The notes beneath the pieces are model-generated. The model searched no databases, was not told where the DNA came from, and saw only the letters and a list, made by a program, of their open reading frames with translations. The position numbers and the translations under genes were made by a program. From Oscillospiraceae bacterium (GTDB lineage Bacteria; Bacillota; Clostridia; Oscillospirales; CAG-272), in the NCBI GenBank assembly GCA_015064155.1, contig SVST01000014.1, positions 5,003 through 69,002 of the forward strand: a DNA stretch of 64,000 bases, written 5' to 3'. Shown in pieces: positions 45,347-53,904 of this stretch. Every line of letters starts with the position of its first letter. The first letter of the stretch is position 1.

Positions 45347-46883
45347 TTTTCACGGTTCCTTTCGATTGAATTTTGCAAAGCAAAGCAGATCGATCGTACA
45401 GCGTTCCCTCGGGCAACAGCTCCACGTAATCCTCCGGAGTGATTTCCTTTGCTTCCAACAGCTTATCGAGCAGAGTGACGGTTGCCGAGGGGGTATATCG
45501 GTCTACCATCGAAATTTTTGCCACTGCGCGAATCAGCTCGCTTTTCAACAGGCGGTAATCGGGACGCTCGGCATGCAAGCTGCCGTCTTTCGCCGTAATC
45601 AGATACTGTTCGGGATGACAGTAGGTACAAAGCATATCTGCCCAGATGGTTGCAAGCTGACCGATACAGCAACAAAATGCCGTGCTGACCTGCCGCAAAG
45701 CAACTTGAGATGCCTGCTGCAATGCCAGAATTGCACTGGTGTTGTTCGCCCTTTCGTCACCGAGCGCGGAATCGGTTGCACCCATCATGCTTTTGGTGTT
45801 TTCAATGACGTTGTTGATCAAGTCCAGATAACCGTCCTGCATCTGTCCCGTTCCAAGCACGGAAACGGCATCTGCCACGTTTCCGCCACCTACCGTAGCG
45901 ATTGCCTGACCAACCTCGTTCGACCAATCGGGAATACGGGACTTATCATAGATGACCTTGGAAAATGCCGTATCATACATATGCTTCATCACCATGGCGT
46001 AAGCCGTATTGATGTATTTTTGGTTGGCAATCAGGTCGCTGACGGGAGCCGTGCCGTGGAAGGATCCCTTGGTGGGCATCCAGTTAAAATAAGCGATTGG
46101 GTAGAGCCGCAGACCCGTGTGAACACGCTTCAGAAGACAGGTACGCGTTGATTTTTCAAAAACGACTTCACCGTCTTCACGGAAGAAGCGGATCAGATAG
46201 GTGGCTTTTTCAGATCCCGAAAGCTCGTGCGCCTCCATGTCAGACGACCGCGCGTCCATCGCGGAATCCCCAATGATGGAATCGATTTCTTCACGCGAAA
46301 GTCCTTGTTCTTTGGCTTCGCGTCGCAAAGAAGTCACCGTGGCACGACCTGCAATCATCACGTAATCCTGCGTTTGCAGGTCGCGCTTGTTCACGTCGGA
46401 AACGAACAGGTCTGTGTTTTCGATCAAATCGGTGTGGATTTCTCCCAAAAACGGTTGACCGTTCTTGTGAGCGCTGTCCCACCAGCAATAAAAGACGGCA
46501 TCACCCGAGATTGCCGCGTTGAGAAGCGCGTTTTGGGAAAGCGCCTTCATGTGATTGCGTTCCCAACGGTAAGCGGCATTTCGGTTGAGCATCTGAATGC
46601 CCGATTCAATCAACTCGCGCGTTGGAGTACTGCTCACAAAGGGAAGCTGCTCGTCGGCATATTGGATGGTCAGGTCACCGGACAGTACGGATCCCACCAG
46701 ATAATCGGTAATTCTGCGAACGACGTTGAAAACGGGACGCGGGAGATCTGCGTTGGTTCCGTACCATTGATCGCCGCGATAGAAGCGTTCGTTGCGCCGT
46801 ACCGTTTCATAAAGCCCGATGCGACGCTTGTATTCCTTGCCGGCTTCATAATCGCGCCAAGCCGAAGTTTGTGTTGTTTTCAT
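45339..46883 (-). CDS. Phage portal protein
   Basis: 514 aa. NERFYRGDQW near the N-terminus and MMGATDSALGDERANNTSAILALQQAS in the core. AAAGGAG SD. Confidence 0.85.
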   Translation of the reverse strand: MKTTQTSAWRDYEAGKEYKRRIGLYETVRRNERFYRGDQWYGTNADLPRPVFNVVRRITDYLVGSVLSGDLTIQYADEQLPFVSSTPTRELIESGIQMLNRNAAYRWERNHMKALSQNALLNAAISGDAVFYCWWDSAHKNGQPFLGEIHTDLIENTDLFVSDVNKRDLQTQDYVMIAGRATVTSLRREAKEQGLSREEIDSIIGDSAMDARSSDMEAHELSGSEKATYLIRFFREDGEVVFEKSTRTCLLKRVHTGLRLYPIAYFNWMPTKGSFHGTAPVSDLIANQKYINTAYAMVMKHMYDTAFSKVIYDKSRIPDWSNEVGQAIATVGGGNVADAVSVLGTGQMQDGYLDLINNVIENTKSMMGATDSALGDERANNTSAILALQQASQVALRQVSTAFCCCIGQLATIWADMLCTYCHPEQYLITAKDGSLHAERPDYRLLKSELIRAVAKISMVDRYTPSATVTLLDKLLEAKEITPEDYVELLPEGTLYDRSALLCKIQSKGTVKNE

Positions 46884-46901
46884 AAAACTCCTTTCTCGTA
46901 T

Positions 46902-48632
46902 TTAGGAATTTGCAAACAGCGCAAGCCTGTGAATGGTCGTGCGAGCCGTTCCGTTGTCGGTCAGCATGAACTTTACCATGCGAAAGCGTCCAAAGCCGAC
47001 ACGACGCTCCATGTAAAGCGGAAGACCGTTTTCGTTGGGCTTGGCGGCTGTCCAAACAAAGCTGCCGGTTTGATCCTCGTCTGCAAGCTTCATTTCCAGT
47101 GTCGTGCCGTAACACGCGGCAACCAGCGAAAACCGCAAGGCGCGCTTGACAAGATCCGGCGAATCAAAGTCCAATACGTCGCTTTTGAAGGATGCCTGGA
47201 TCGGGACGCCGTTGTCGGTCATTTGTGAATCCTCAAACAAAAAGGAACGGTTGCCCTCCGCAAATCCGGAAAGCCCCTCGGACGTCAGGAAAAAGGATGG
47301 AGAAAATCCCGTAAAGGAATACCAATTTTTTTCACTGACCTGATAGACCCAAACGCGGCTTCCGTTTTTGACGTCATAAAACCAGTATTCGTCGTGAGGC
47401 GCGTCATAAAAGACGGTTGCATGCTCGGCAAAGGACTGGGTTTTCAGATCGTCAACGTCGTGCGGAATGAGTGACAATTCAAACGTGTCGGGGTCGGCAG
47501 CCTTTGAGGAAAGCAGATAGATTCCGCCGCGGTTGATGAGAACCGTTTTTCCGTCGCGTTCAACGAAGGGAAGCGGGGCGGTACAGCCGTACCCTCTCAA
47601 AACGGGGTACGAGGAAAGCGTGGTGCTCAGATAATTTCCGTCGTTGGCGTCAATCAGCGAAATTGCTTCCGCACCAAGATCGTGAAATGCGAGCAGGCGG
47701 TCATGGTTTGGAAACAGCGCGGTGATCGGATGGGTGCTGTTTCCGAGTGCCAGCATCATTTCATCGGTGAAATAGAGAGAATCGACGTTAGGATAGGCGG
47801 TTTGACACGAGGCCAGCATATGGTCGGTCACTTGCGTGCTTCCGAACAAATAGGTCGAATCGGGACCGCCGTACAAAAACAGACGTTCCATTCCCTGCAC
47901 GCGGTCGCAATAGACACGGGAGCATTTTTTGATGTCGCCCGGCATGCCTTCCAGGTATAACGTCGTCATACCGATCTCTACCCAGGAAAAGATCTTGGGC
48001 ATCGTTACCCGACGGCTACCCGAGGTGAAAACGTAATCGGTGATCTCTTTTCCGTCGGCAAGAACCGAATCCAAGGACTCTGCCGCATAGGGAAGCTCAA
48101 AAACCAGAGCACCATCAAGGTTTTTGTAAGATAGACGAATGCGCTTGGTCAAGAGATTCGGCGGTTCATGGTAATCGCCCAAACTTGTCGGCGACCAGTT
48201 TTTTCCCAACAAGGGAACGTAAGGCTCAACTGCAAAGAAGCGGGCTTCACTTTCTCGGTAACGGTAAATTTCGGTTCCGTCTAACAGATAAAGGCTTGAA
48301 CGGTAGAAGAAAAAGCAAACCTCCCCGGTTGTCGTGGAAAGCGTGAGTGTTTCTTGAGGGGGACCGTCCTTTTGGACGTAGATTTTGTTACCTGCCGCGA
48401 TGAATCGAGCAGGTTGACCGTTCAGAATGCCTTCCCAAAATCCTCGAACCACGCCGTCGAACGTATGCTGCGCTGTAAAGCCGCAACGTTTTTCCAAAGC
48501 TCCGTCGGCACGAATTCTGAAGTTTTGAAGCTCGTCGCAAGGCAGAAGATTCGACTTTTTTGCTTTTCCGATGCCGCTAAAGCCTTCAAAAATCGCTGAT
48601 TTTTCGACATACTTTGGTTTGATTGTTGGCAT
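46902..48632 (-). CDS. Unknown 577-aa structural-looking protein between terL and portal (possible beta-propeller; nozzle/tail-hub candidate)
   Basis: ATG at 48632, 7 nt after an AAAGGAG SD. Beta-rich with W/Y/F-rich repeated segments. No enzymatic motif recognised. Confidence 0.6.
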   Translation of the reverse strand: MPTIKPKYVEKSAIFEGFSGIGKAKKSNLLPCDELQNFRIRADGALEKRCGFTAQHTFDGVVRGFWEGILNGQPARFIAAGNKIYVQKDGPPQETLTLSTTTGEVCFFFYRSSLYLLDGTEIYRYRESEARFFAVEPYVPLLGKNWSPTSLGDYHEPPNLLTKRIRLSYKNLDGALVFELPYAAESLDSVLADGKEITDYVFTSGSRRVTMPKIFSWVEIGMTTLYLEGMPGDIKKCSRVYCDRVQGMERLFLYGGPDSTYLFGSTQVTDHMLASCQTAYPNVDSLYFTDEMMLALGNSTHPITALFPNHDRLLAFHDLGAEAISLIDANDGNYLSTTLSSYPVLRGYGCTAPLPFVERDGKTVLINRGGIYLLSSKAADPDTFELSLIPHDVDDLKTQSFAEHATVFYDAPHDEYWFYDVKNGSRVWVYQVSEKNWYSFTGFSPSFFLTSEGLSGFAEGNRSFLFEDSQMTDNGVPIQASFKSDVLDFDSPDLVKRALRFSLVAACYGTTLEMKLADEDQTGSFVWTAAKPNENGLPLYMERRVGFGRFRMVKFMLTDNGTARTTIHRLALFANS

Positions 48633-48704
48633 TTGTAAACTCCTTTCTTTAGATTTTTTCGACTTTGTGAGCTTCCCCTGCACAGAGCAAGGAAAAGGGA
48701 ACAC

Positions 48705-50021
48705 TCAAAAAAGTCGGTTTTGATTTTGATTGGGGAAGCGAAAGTGACAGACGGAGGATTGCGGGGCTTCGCATGCGGGGGGACGGCTCATCACCGCGTA
48801 TCGCAATGCCTCGGGTGCGTGTGTTACCGAATGCGGCTCCGATGCGGCATCCTCGGGACGGGTGGGATCACAGAGAAGTGCCGGAAGAGAGTCGATCAGC
48901 GTTTCGCAGGAGGATACGATTTTCAAGGATGGAGAACCGTCGCAAGCCGCAAGACGTTCCCGTAGCACGCGCCAGCCGGGGATACGTCGGTTATCTGCCG
49001 CGCGCATCGGCGGCATACCGACAGTGGCTTGCATGATTTCAAATCCGCTAAGCCCCGTGTCTTGCCTGCGGTTCCAAAGATCGGGGGAGGCTACCGCATA
49101 TTCCGCACCTTGTCCCTGACACAACTCGGCAACCAGCCTCGCCGCCTCGCCGAGTGTGCGGTCCGGCTGACAGATCTCACGCAGAACGAACAGAGTACCG
49201 TATTCGTCCACACCGAGCAGCAGTGCCGCCAGCATATCGAATCCGTAATCAAAAGCAACGAAACGACGCAACGAATGCGGTATCGAAGCCGTTGGGATGA
49301 CGTGCAAGTCGGGGCGAAACTCGGGGAAAAACTGTCCTTCAAAAACATCCCACCGACCGAACAGCCAAGCATCCTTCAGCTTTGGCGGAAGCGTTTCCAA
49401 TTGTCGGACGTATGCGGGATCAGCGAGAAGAAGCGTTGGGTTGTCGTAAACCTTAGCGGGAATAAAGCGGTAGTCATCGGGATTTTCATCCGGGGAGAAG
49501 TCACGGTCGATAAAGAGCCGCTTGACCCATGCATGTCCGATGCCTCCGGGGTTGCAGGTCAGATACATTCGTCGGGGGACGTCACCGACACCGCGCAGAC
49601 AGGCCTTAAAAATAGAGAACTGATATTCGCTCAGCTGCGTTGCCTCGTCGATGGCGATGATGTCGTATTCCTGCCCTTGATAGCGCAGGCAGTCCTTGCT
49701 CGACGCGCAGTACCCCAAAGAAATGGTGCTTCCGTTCGGAAAATACAAGCATTTTTCGCTTTCCCGATAGGATAAAACCGAGGGGTATTCCAACAGCAAG
49801 GGACGAACGTGATTGGCTTTCAGCTCGGCATACGAGCGACGAACCAACAAGCATCGGATTCCCTCGTAGCGCAAGCAAAGCCCCACCAGCTTTCGCCGAA
49901 GAGCCCAGGATTTTCCGCCGCCGCGTGCGCCGCCATACGCCGTATAACGGGCACGGGAATCAAAAAAATCTTGCTGCGGCTTGCTGGGCACACCCTCGAT
50001 TCGAATTTTCTTTTCGGTCAT
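48705..50021 (-). CDS. terL: Terminase large subunit
   Basis: Walker A YGGARGGGKSW, Walker B/coupling IIAIDEATQL, and a C-terminal nuclease-like half. ATGA overlap with terS. Confidence 0.9.
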   Translation of the reverse strand: MTEKKIRIEGVPSKPQQDFFDSRARYTAYGGARGGGKSWALRRKLVGLCLRYEGIRCLLVRRSYAELKANHVRPLLLEYPSVLSYRESEKCLYFPNGSTISLGYCASSKDCLRYQGQEYDIIAIDEATQLSEYQFSIFKACLRGVGDVPRRMYLTCNPGGIGHAWVKRLFIDRDFSPDENPDDYRFIPAKVYDNPTLLLADPAYVRQLETLPPKLKDAWLFGRWDVFEGQFFPEFRPDLHVIPTASIPHSLRRFVAFDYGFDMLAALLLGVDEYGTLFVLREICQPDRTLGEAARLVAELCQGQGAEYAVASPDLWNRRQDTGLSGFEIMQATVGMPPMRAADNRRIPGWRVLRERLAACDGSPSLKIVSSCETLIDSLPALLCDPTRPEDAASEPHSVTHAPEALRYAVMSRPPACEAPQSSVCHFRFPNQNQNRLF

Positions 50022-50449
50022 GAGCCATCCTCCAAAATGTCATGCTCAAAGATCAAACGGACAGCTTCCTCCTCCGCGTCGATTGCTTTTTCGCCGTAGC
50101 CGAAATGCTCCTTCAGATAAGCGTTCACGATTGTGGGAGAACGTGATGAATTGAGCGCTTCATCCTCCAAAACGGCGCACAAATAGGCGAAAAGCGCGGG
50201 ATATTGCTTTTGCAGCTCCGCAACCGCGGACGTACCGCAACCAAGCTTTCCGCAAAATCCGGCTAAGGTCGGAAGCCGCCCCTCCTTTTTGGGGTCGGCA
50301 TCGGGCGGGGGACGGCAGCTTTTCACGTATTGCTTCAGCTTTCGGGGAAGAGAACCGTCTTTTGCCGCAGAGAGCAGTGCGTTTTCACTGCCCTGCAAAG
50401 TCTTGTTCATACCAAGGGAATCACCTCCAATCTTGCTCTGTGCAGGCAT
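50018..50449 (-). CDS. terS: Terminase small subunit (start 50449 or 50410)
   Basis: HTH-like LPTLAGFCGKLGCGTSAVAEL typical of TerS. Translationally coupled to terL. Confidence 0.65.
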   Translation of the reverse strand: MPAQSKIGGDSLGMNKTLQGSENALLSAAKDGSLPRKLKQYVKSCRPPPDADPKKEGRLPTLAGFCGKLGCGTSAVAELQKQYPALFAYLCAVLEDEALNSSRSPTIVNAYLKEHFGYGEKAIDAEEEAVRLIFEHDILEDGS

Positions 50450-50574
50450 AGTTTACAGCAAAAAAACGTGCCATACCCTGACAAAGTGTGCCAAGGTGTG
50501 CCACTTTTTTGCAAAAAAGCGAAGAATGGGGGAGGTGTTTTCGCTTTTCGATTTGCCCGCCATTTCCAATTTCT

Positions 50575-50606
50575 CTTGACACCGTATTCGAAATGTGTTA
50601 TAATCA
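50575..50606 (+). promoter_or_regulatory. Sigma-70 type promoter of the histidine phosphatase gene
   Basis: TTGACA, 17 nt spacer (ccgtattcgaaatgtgt), TATAAT. Confidence 0.6.
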
Positions 50607-50634
50607 ACGGGAATTTACGAAAGTGAGGATCGAT

Positions 50635-51306
50635 ATGACTACTACCTTAATTTTTGTGCGGCACGGGCAAAGCCTTTCAAATCTGGGCGGCTATTTTACG
50701 GGAAATACCGACGTGGAGCTGACCGAGCTTGGTCATCGGCAAGCCGAGCTGACCGCCGAATATTTAGACCGCTACCGTATCGATCATATCTATTCCAGCG
50801 ATCTCTCGCGTGCCTATCAAACCGCAGAGCATACCGCCGCACGGAAACAAAAAGCAATCGTTCCCGATCAATCATTCCGTGAGATCTATGCCGGCGAATG
50901 GGAGGGAAAATCCTTTCAGTCCTTGCCGATTTTATATCCCCAAAGCTACGACGTGTGGAAGAATCGGATCTCGCGTGCGTGCCCGGACGGCGGCGAGCGC
51001 GTAACCGAGCTTTCGATGCGCGTATGGGGCGGTGTGACGCGCGTTTTGGAACGGCATCGGGGCGAAACCGTGGCAATTTTTACCCATGCCACTCCCGTGC
51101 GCACCTTGGCGTGGCGTTGGTTCGGCTTTGATATTCATACGGCGGACGAGGCAACCCTGGAGAAAGCCGATGCCCTGCCGTTTTGCTCCAATGCATCGGT
51201 GTCGGTTGTGGAATACGAGGAGGACGGCAGCTTTCGATTGATTTGCTACGGATACGACGAGCATCTTGCCGACGTTGCCACCGCGCTTCCCAAGCATTTG
51301 GTTTGA
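50635..51306 (+). CDS. Histidine phosphatase family protein (phosphoglycerate mutase / CobC-like)
   Basis: ATG at 50635. LIFVRHGQS (RHG catalytic motif), ELTELGHRQA, HATP. Confidence 0.85.
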   Translation: MTTTLIFVRHGQSLSNLGGYFTGNTDVELTELGHRQAELTAEYLDRYRIDHIYSSDLSRAYQTAEHTAARKQKAIVPDQSFREIYAGEWEGKSFQSLPILYPQSYDVWKNRISRACPDGGERVTELSMRVWGGVTRVLERHRGETVAIFTHATPVRTLAWRWFGFDIHTADEATLEKADALPFCSNASVSVVEYEEDGSFRLICYGYDEHLADVATALPKHLV

Positions 51307-51351
51307 ATAAAAAACGGGGTGGGGATCTTTCGATCTCCACCTCGTTGTTGA

Positions 51352-51885
51352 TTATTCCTCACCCTGGTGCAAAAACAGGACGTTATACTGATCGGCAATT
51401 TCGTTCCAAGTCAAAAGCCCGACGTTTCCGTCCTCATGCAATCGGTTTGCCCGTTGAAACGCTCGAACGGCTTTTTCGGTTTGCTCGTCATAGATTCCCG
51501 TCAGCTCTACCGAGCCGAGTGGCAGGTATTTTTGGTGCAGCTCCAAAAGCATGGCTTGAAGTGCCAGCACCGCAAAGCCGCGGCTGTCGGCACTCATGAC
51601 GTAGGATGTCGGTTCAAGCGGAAACGCGAGAATCGAGCGCGGCGGGGAATTGACCGAAAGCGAGCTTCTGTAATCTCTGTACAGCCGTTCCCACGTGTCA
51701 AGATCGGCATTTCCCGTTACGGGAAGCGAACGCAACCGTTGAAATTCACGCAAGGCTTCTTCTGTTCGCGTATCGAAGATTCCGTCAATGGGGGGCAGCG
51801 GGATGCTTGCTTCGTCGTAGGACAGCTGTCGCAGATAGCGTTGCAGATTGGCGGTTGCAGGTGCGTGATTGGGATGTTGATTCAT
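51352..51885 (-). CDS. Protein with two peptidoglycan-binding (PG_binding_1-like) repeats
   Basis: ATG at 51885 after an AAAGGAG SD. DGIFDTRTEEALREFQRLRSLPVTGNADLDTW and TGIYDEQTEKAVRAFQRANRLHEDGNVGLLTW. Confidence 0.7.
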   Translation of the reverse strand: MNQHPNHAPATANLQRYLRQLSYDEASIPLPPIDGIFDTRTEEALREFQRLRSLPVTGNADLDTWERLYRDYRSSLSVNSPPRSILAFPLEPTSYVMSADSRGFAVLALQAMLLELHQKYLPLGSVELTGIYDEQTEKAVRAFQRANRLHEDGNVGLLTWNEIADQYNVLFLHQGEE

Positions 51886-51906
51886 GTTGACGCTCCTTTG
51901 CATAGG

Positions 51907-53304
51907 TTATGCTCCAACCGTAAAGCCGGGATACTGACCCTCTTGCAGCGTAGACCCGATTGAAAGCTGATTGAAGAGATCGGCAATTGCCGACCAGGTA
52001 ACGGCACCTACGATTCCCGTGGGGGAAAGACCTGCGAGATTTTGAAAGGCAATGACGGCTTCCTCGGTGCGCGGTCCGAAATATCCGGTTGGGTTGACGG
52101 TTGGAATTTCGGGATAGGATGCGGCGATGAGATTCAGATATTCTTGTAAAAGGCGGACGTCCTCGGATTCGGCACCGATGCGCAAGGGGACCCCACCGAA
52201 CGGAATGGCATTTCCTTCAACGTATTCTCTGGGGATGGTGTCCACAATGCCTCGATAGGCGCGGTAGAGTGCGTTCCAGGTCACCTCTCCCACAATGCCG
52301 TCCTCGGGCAGTCCAAAGGTTCTTTGTACGGCACGCACGGCAGAGGTGGTTGACGGACCGAAGCTTCCGTCGATGGCAACGGCGGGGATGGTATCGTAAA
52401 ATTGGGAAACGTAGGTGATAAAATATTGCAGATTGAGAACGGCATTTCCCGTGTCGCCTTCGGCAAGCATACCGGGGTACTGCTGCGTCACCTCTTGCAG
52501 GGTAATTCCCTCGGAATTGAGGTCGTTAAGACGTTTTACTCCAATATAGACGTTTTGAATGTTGTACCAGGTCGCATTTCCGACGATCCCGTCGGGGGTT
52601 AGACCGAAGATTTCCTGAAAGCGTTTGACCGCAGCCGTCGTGTCGGTGCCGAAAATTCCGTCGGTGACTGCAATTTTTGGAATCGAGGGAAAGTTTGAGG
52701 AGATCCGATTCAAGCGGATTTGAACGGTGCGGACGTCGTCGTTTGCAAAGCCCTCTCGCAGGGGAACGGCGGGGGCGCTTGGAGAACCGTCCGAAAAAGG
52801 CGCATCTCTGACAAGTTCAATGTTATCTCCGTAGTAGTAGGTCAGAATTTCAAACGGGGTAAGACCGTCTTCCGCAAGTGCTACCGTGCCCCATTGCGAA
52901 AGCCCGTTGCAGGTAACCGTCGTGCCGTTGCAGTACTGTGCAAACAACGGCTCCACGTTTCCGCTGCGGCGGATGTAGTCGCCGATCAGCTCGCCTGCCA
53001 GTTCACGAATGTTGGAAAATACGTCGCGTCCGTTGACGAAAAATTGGTCGTTTGCGGTGGTAGAGGTAATGTCAAAATCGTAGCCGCGCGTGCGGTAATA
53101 TTCGGTGTAGATGCGGTTGAGCGCGAAGGACATCTGCGCATACATATTGGCACGGATTGCATTTTCGGGCCAGGTTGGGTAGACCTCGCTGGATGCGACG
53201 TTTGCAATGTAATCCAAAAAGGGAATCGTTACGTTTTCTGCGTTTTCGTTCGGCGCACCGAGATGTACGGTGATGGTTTCGGGAATAGAGGGAAGCTCTG
53301 GCAT
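51907..53304 (-). CDS. SpoIID/LytB-like domain protein with three PG_binding_1 repeats (SleC-type cortex-lytic enzyme or lysin candidate)
   Basis: The N-terminal half YIANVASSEVYPTWPENAIRANMYAQMSFALNRIY...DITSTTANDQFF follows the SpoIID pattern. Three DG(I/S)FG...FQ...L..DGIVG..TW repeats are present. Confidence 0.65.
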   Translation of the reverse strand: MPELPSIPETITVHLGAPNENAENVTIPFLDYIANVASSEVYPTWPENAIRANMYAQMSFALNRIYTEYYRTRGYDFDITSTTANDQFFVNGRDVFSNIRELAGELIGDYIRRSGNVEPLFAQYCNGTTVTCNGLSQWGTVALAEDGLTPFEILTYYYGDNIELVRDAPFSDGSPSAPAVPLREGFANDDVRTVQIRLNRISSNFPSIPKIAVTDGIFGTDTTAAVKRFQEIFGLTPDGIVGNATWYNIQNVYIGVKRLNDLNSEGITLQEVTQQYPGMLAEGDTGNAVLNLQYFITYVSQFYDTIPAVAIDGSFGPSTTSAVRAVQRTFGLPEDGIVGEVTWNALYRAYRGIVDTIPREYVEGNAIPFGGVPLRIGAESEDVRLLQEYLNLIAASYPEIPTVNPTGYFGPRTEEAVIAFQNLAGLSPTGIVGAVTWSAIADLFNQLSIGSTLQEGQYPGFTVGA

Positions 53305-53319
53305 GGCAGCTCCTTTCTT

Positions 53320-53766
53320 TTACAGATTGGGGGCGGAGGACTCAAAGAAACGCTGACCGTCCGGGGTACGGGAGTCGGTTCGTCCGTTTTCGGGTAATGG
53401 GATCAGGATTGCGGGCTGAATTGCCACGATGCCGTCAAAAATAGGGACGTTCTGATAAATTGCGTCGCTATATCCCTCTAAATGCACCTCGACGTTGTAG
53501 GTCGAAAACGGCTTTTGCGAACCGGGCTGCATGGATTCCGTGCGGTTGGGGGCAGGGAGTGACAGACGCTCTGTCCGTCCATCCGAGCCCGAAACGAGCG
53601 ATGCGATCACGTCCCCTCTCCCCGCTGTCAGATCGGGGGGATAGGAACGGATATTCACCCGCGCGCCCTCCAGTGGGATTGCACCGCGCGCTGTGCTCAC
53701 CTGAACGATCAGATATCCCTCGCCCGTGAACGGTTGCAAGGGATTGACTTGTGTTTCTTGATTCAT
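53320..53766 (-). CDS. Carboxypeptidase-regulatory-like (Ig-like beta-sandwich) domain protein
   Basis: ATG at 53766 after an AAAGGAG SD. GYLIVQVSTARGAIPLEGARVNI...SGSDGRTERLSLPAP...YNVEVHLEGY is a CarboxypepD_reg-like pattern. Confidence 0.5.
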   Translation of the reverse strand: MNQETQVNPLQPFTGEGYLIVQVSTARGAIPLEGARVNIRSYPPDLTAGRGDVIASLVSGSDGRTERLSLPAPNRTESMQPGSQKPFSTYNVEVHLEGYSDAIYQNVPIFDGIVAIQPAILIPLPENGRTDSRTPDGQRFFESSAPNL

Positions 53767-53853
53767 AAGGCAGCTCCTTTTTCGAAATCGCCGAAATTCG
53801 GCTTCTTTCAAAGGATATGTTTGCGCAAACAAAAGGTGAATCGTGCAGATATA

Positions 53854-53903
53854 AAAAAGCGAGAGAACGCGGAGGAATCTCCGATTGCGTTCTCTCGTTT
53901 TCG
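53854..53903 (-). terminator. Intrinsic terminator of the methyltransferase gene
   Basis: Minus strand: cgagagaacgc-aatcggagattcctcc-gcgttctctcg followed by a T-tract. Confidence 0.7.
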
Positions 53904-53904
53904 T

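Larger units (their letters stand above)
43317..50449 (-). mobile_element. Phage-derived packaging and head-morphogenesis module (7 genes); no tail, lysis, integration or replication genes
   Basis: Seven co-directional ORFs with overlaps or gaps of 44 nt or less. See the individual CDS entries. Confidence 0.75.

Noticed and set aside
50455-50475. Possible sigma-54 promoter TGGCACG-ttttttTGCT just upstream of terS.
   Set aside because: The GG-to-GC spacing is 11 nt (the neighbouring TGGCACAccTTGGCA pair gives 9 nt), not the invariant 10 nt. The element would also place the TSS on top of the start codon. It is kept only as a repeat motif in the findings.
43260-50640. Attachment sites or an integrase marking the phage-like block as an integrated element.
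   Set aside because: I could not find direct repeats at the two borders by eye and there is no recombinase ORF. A computational repeat search would be needed for a definitive answer.
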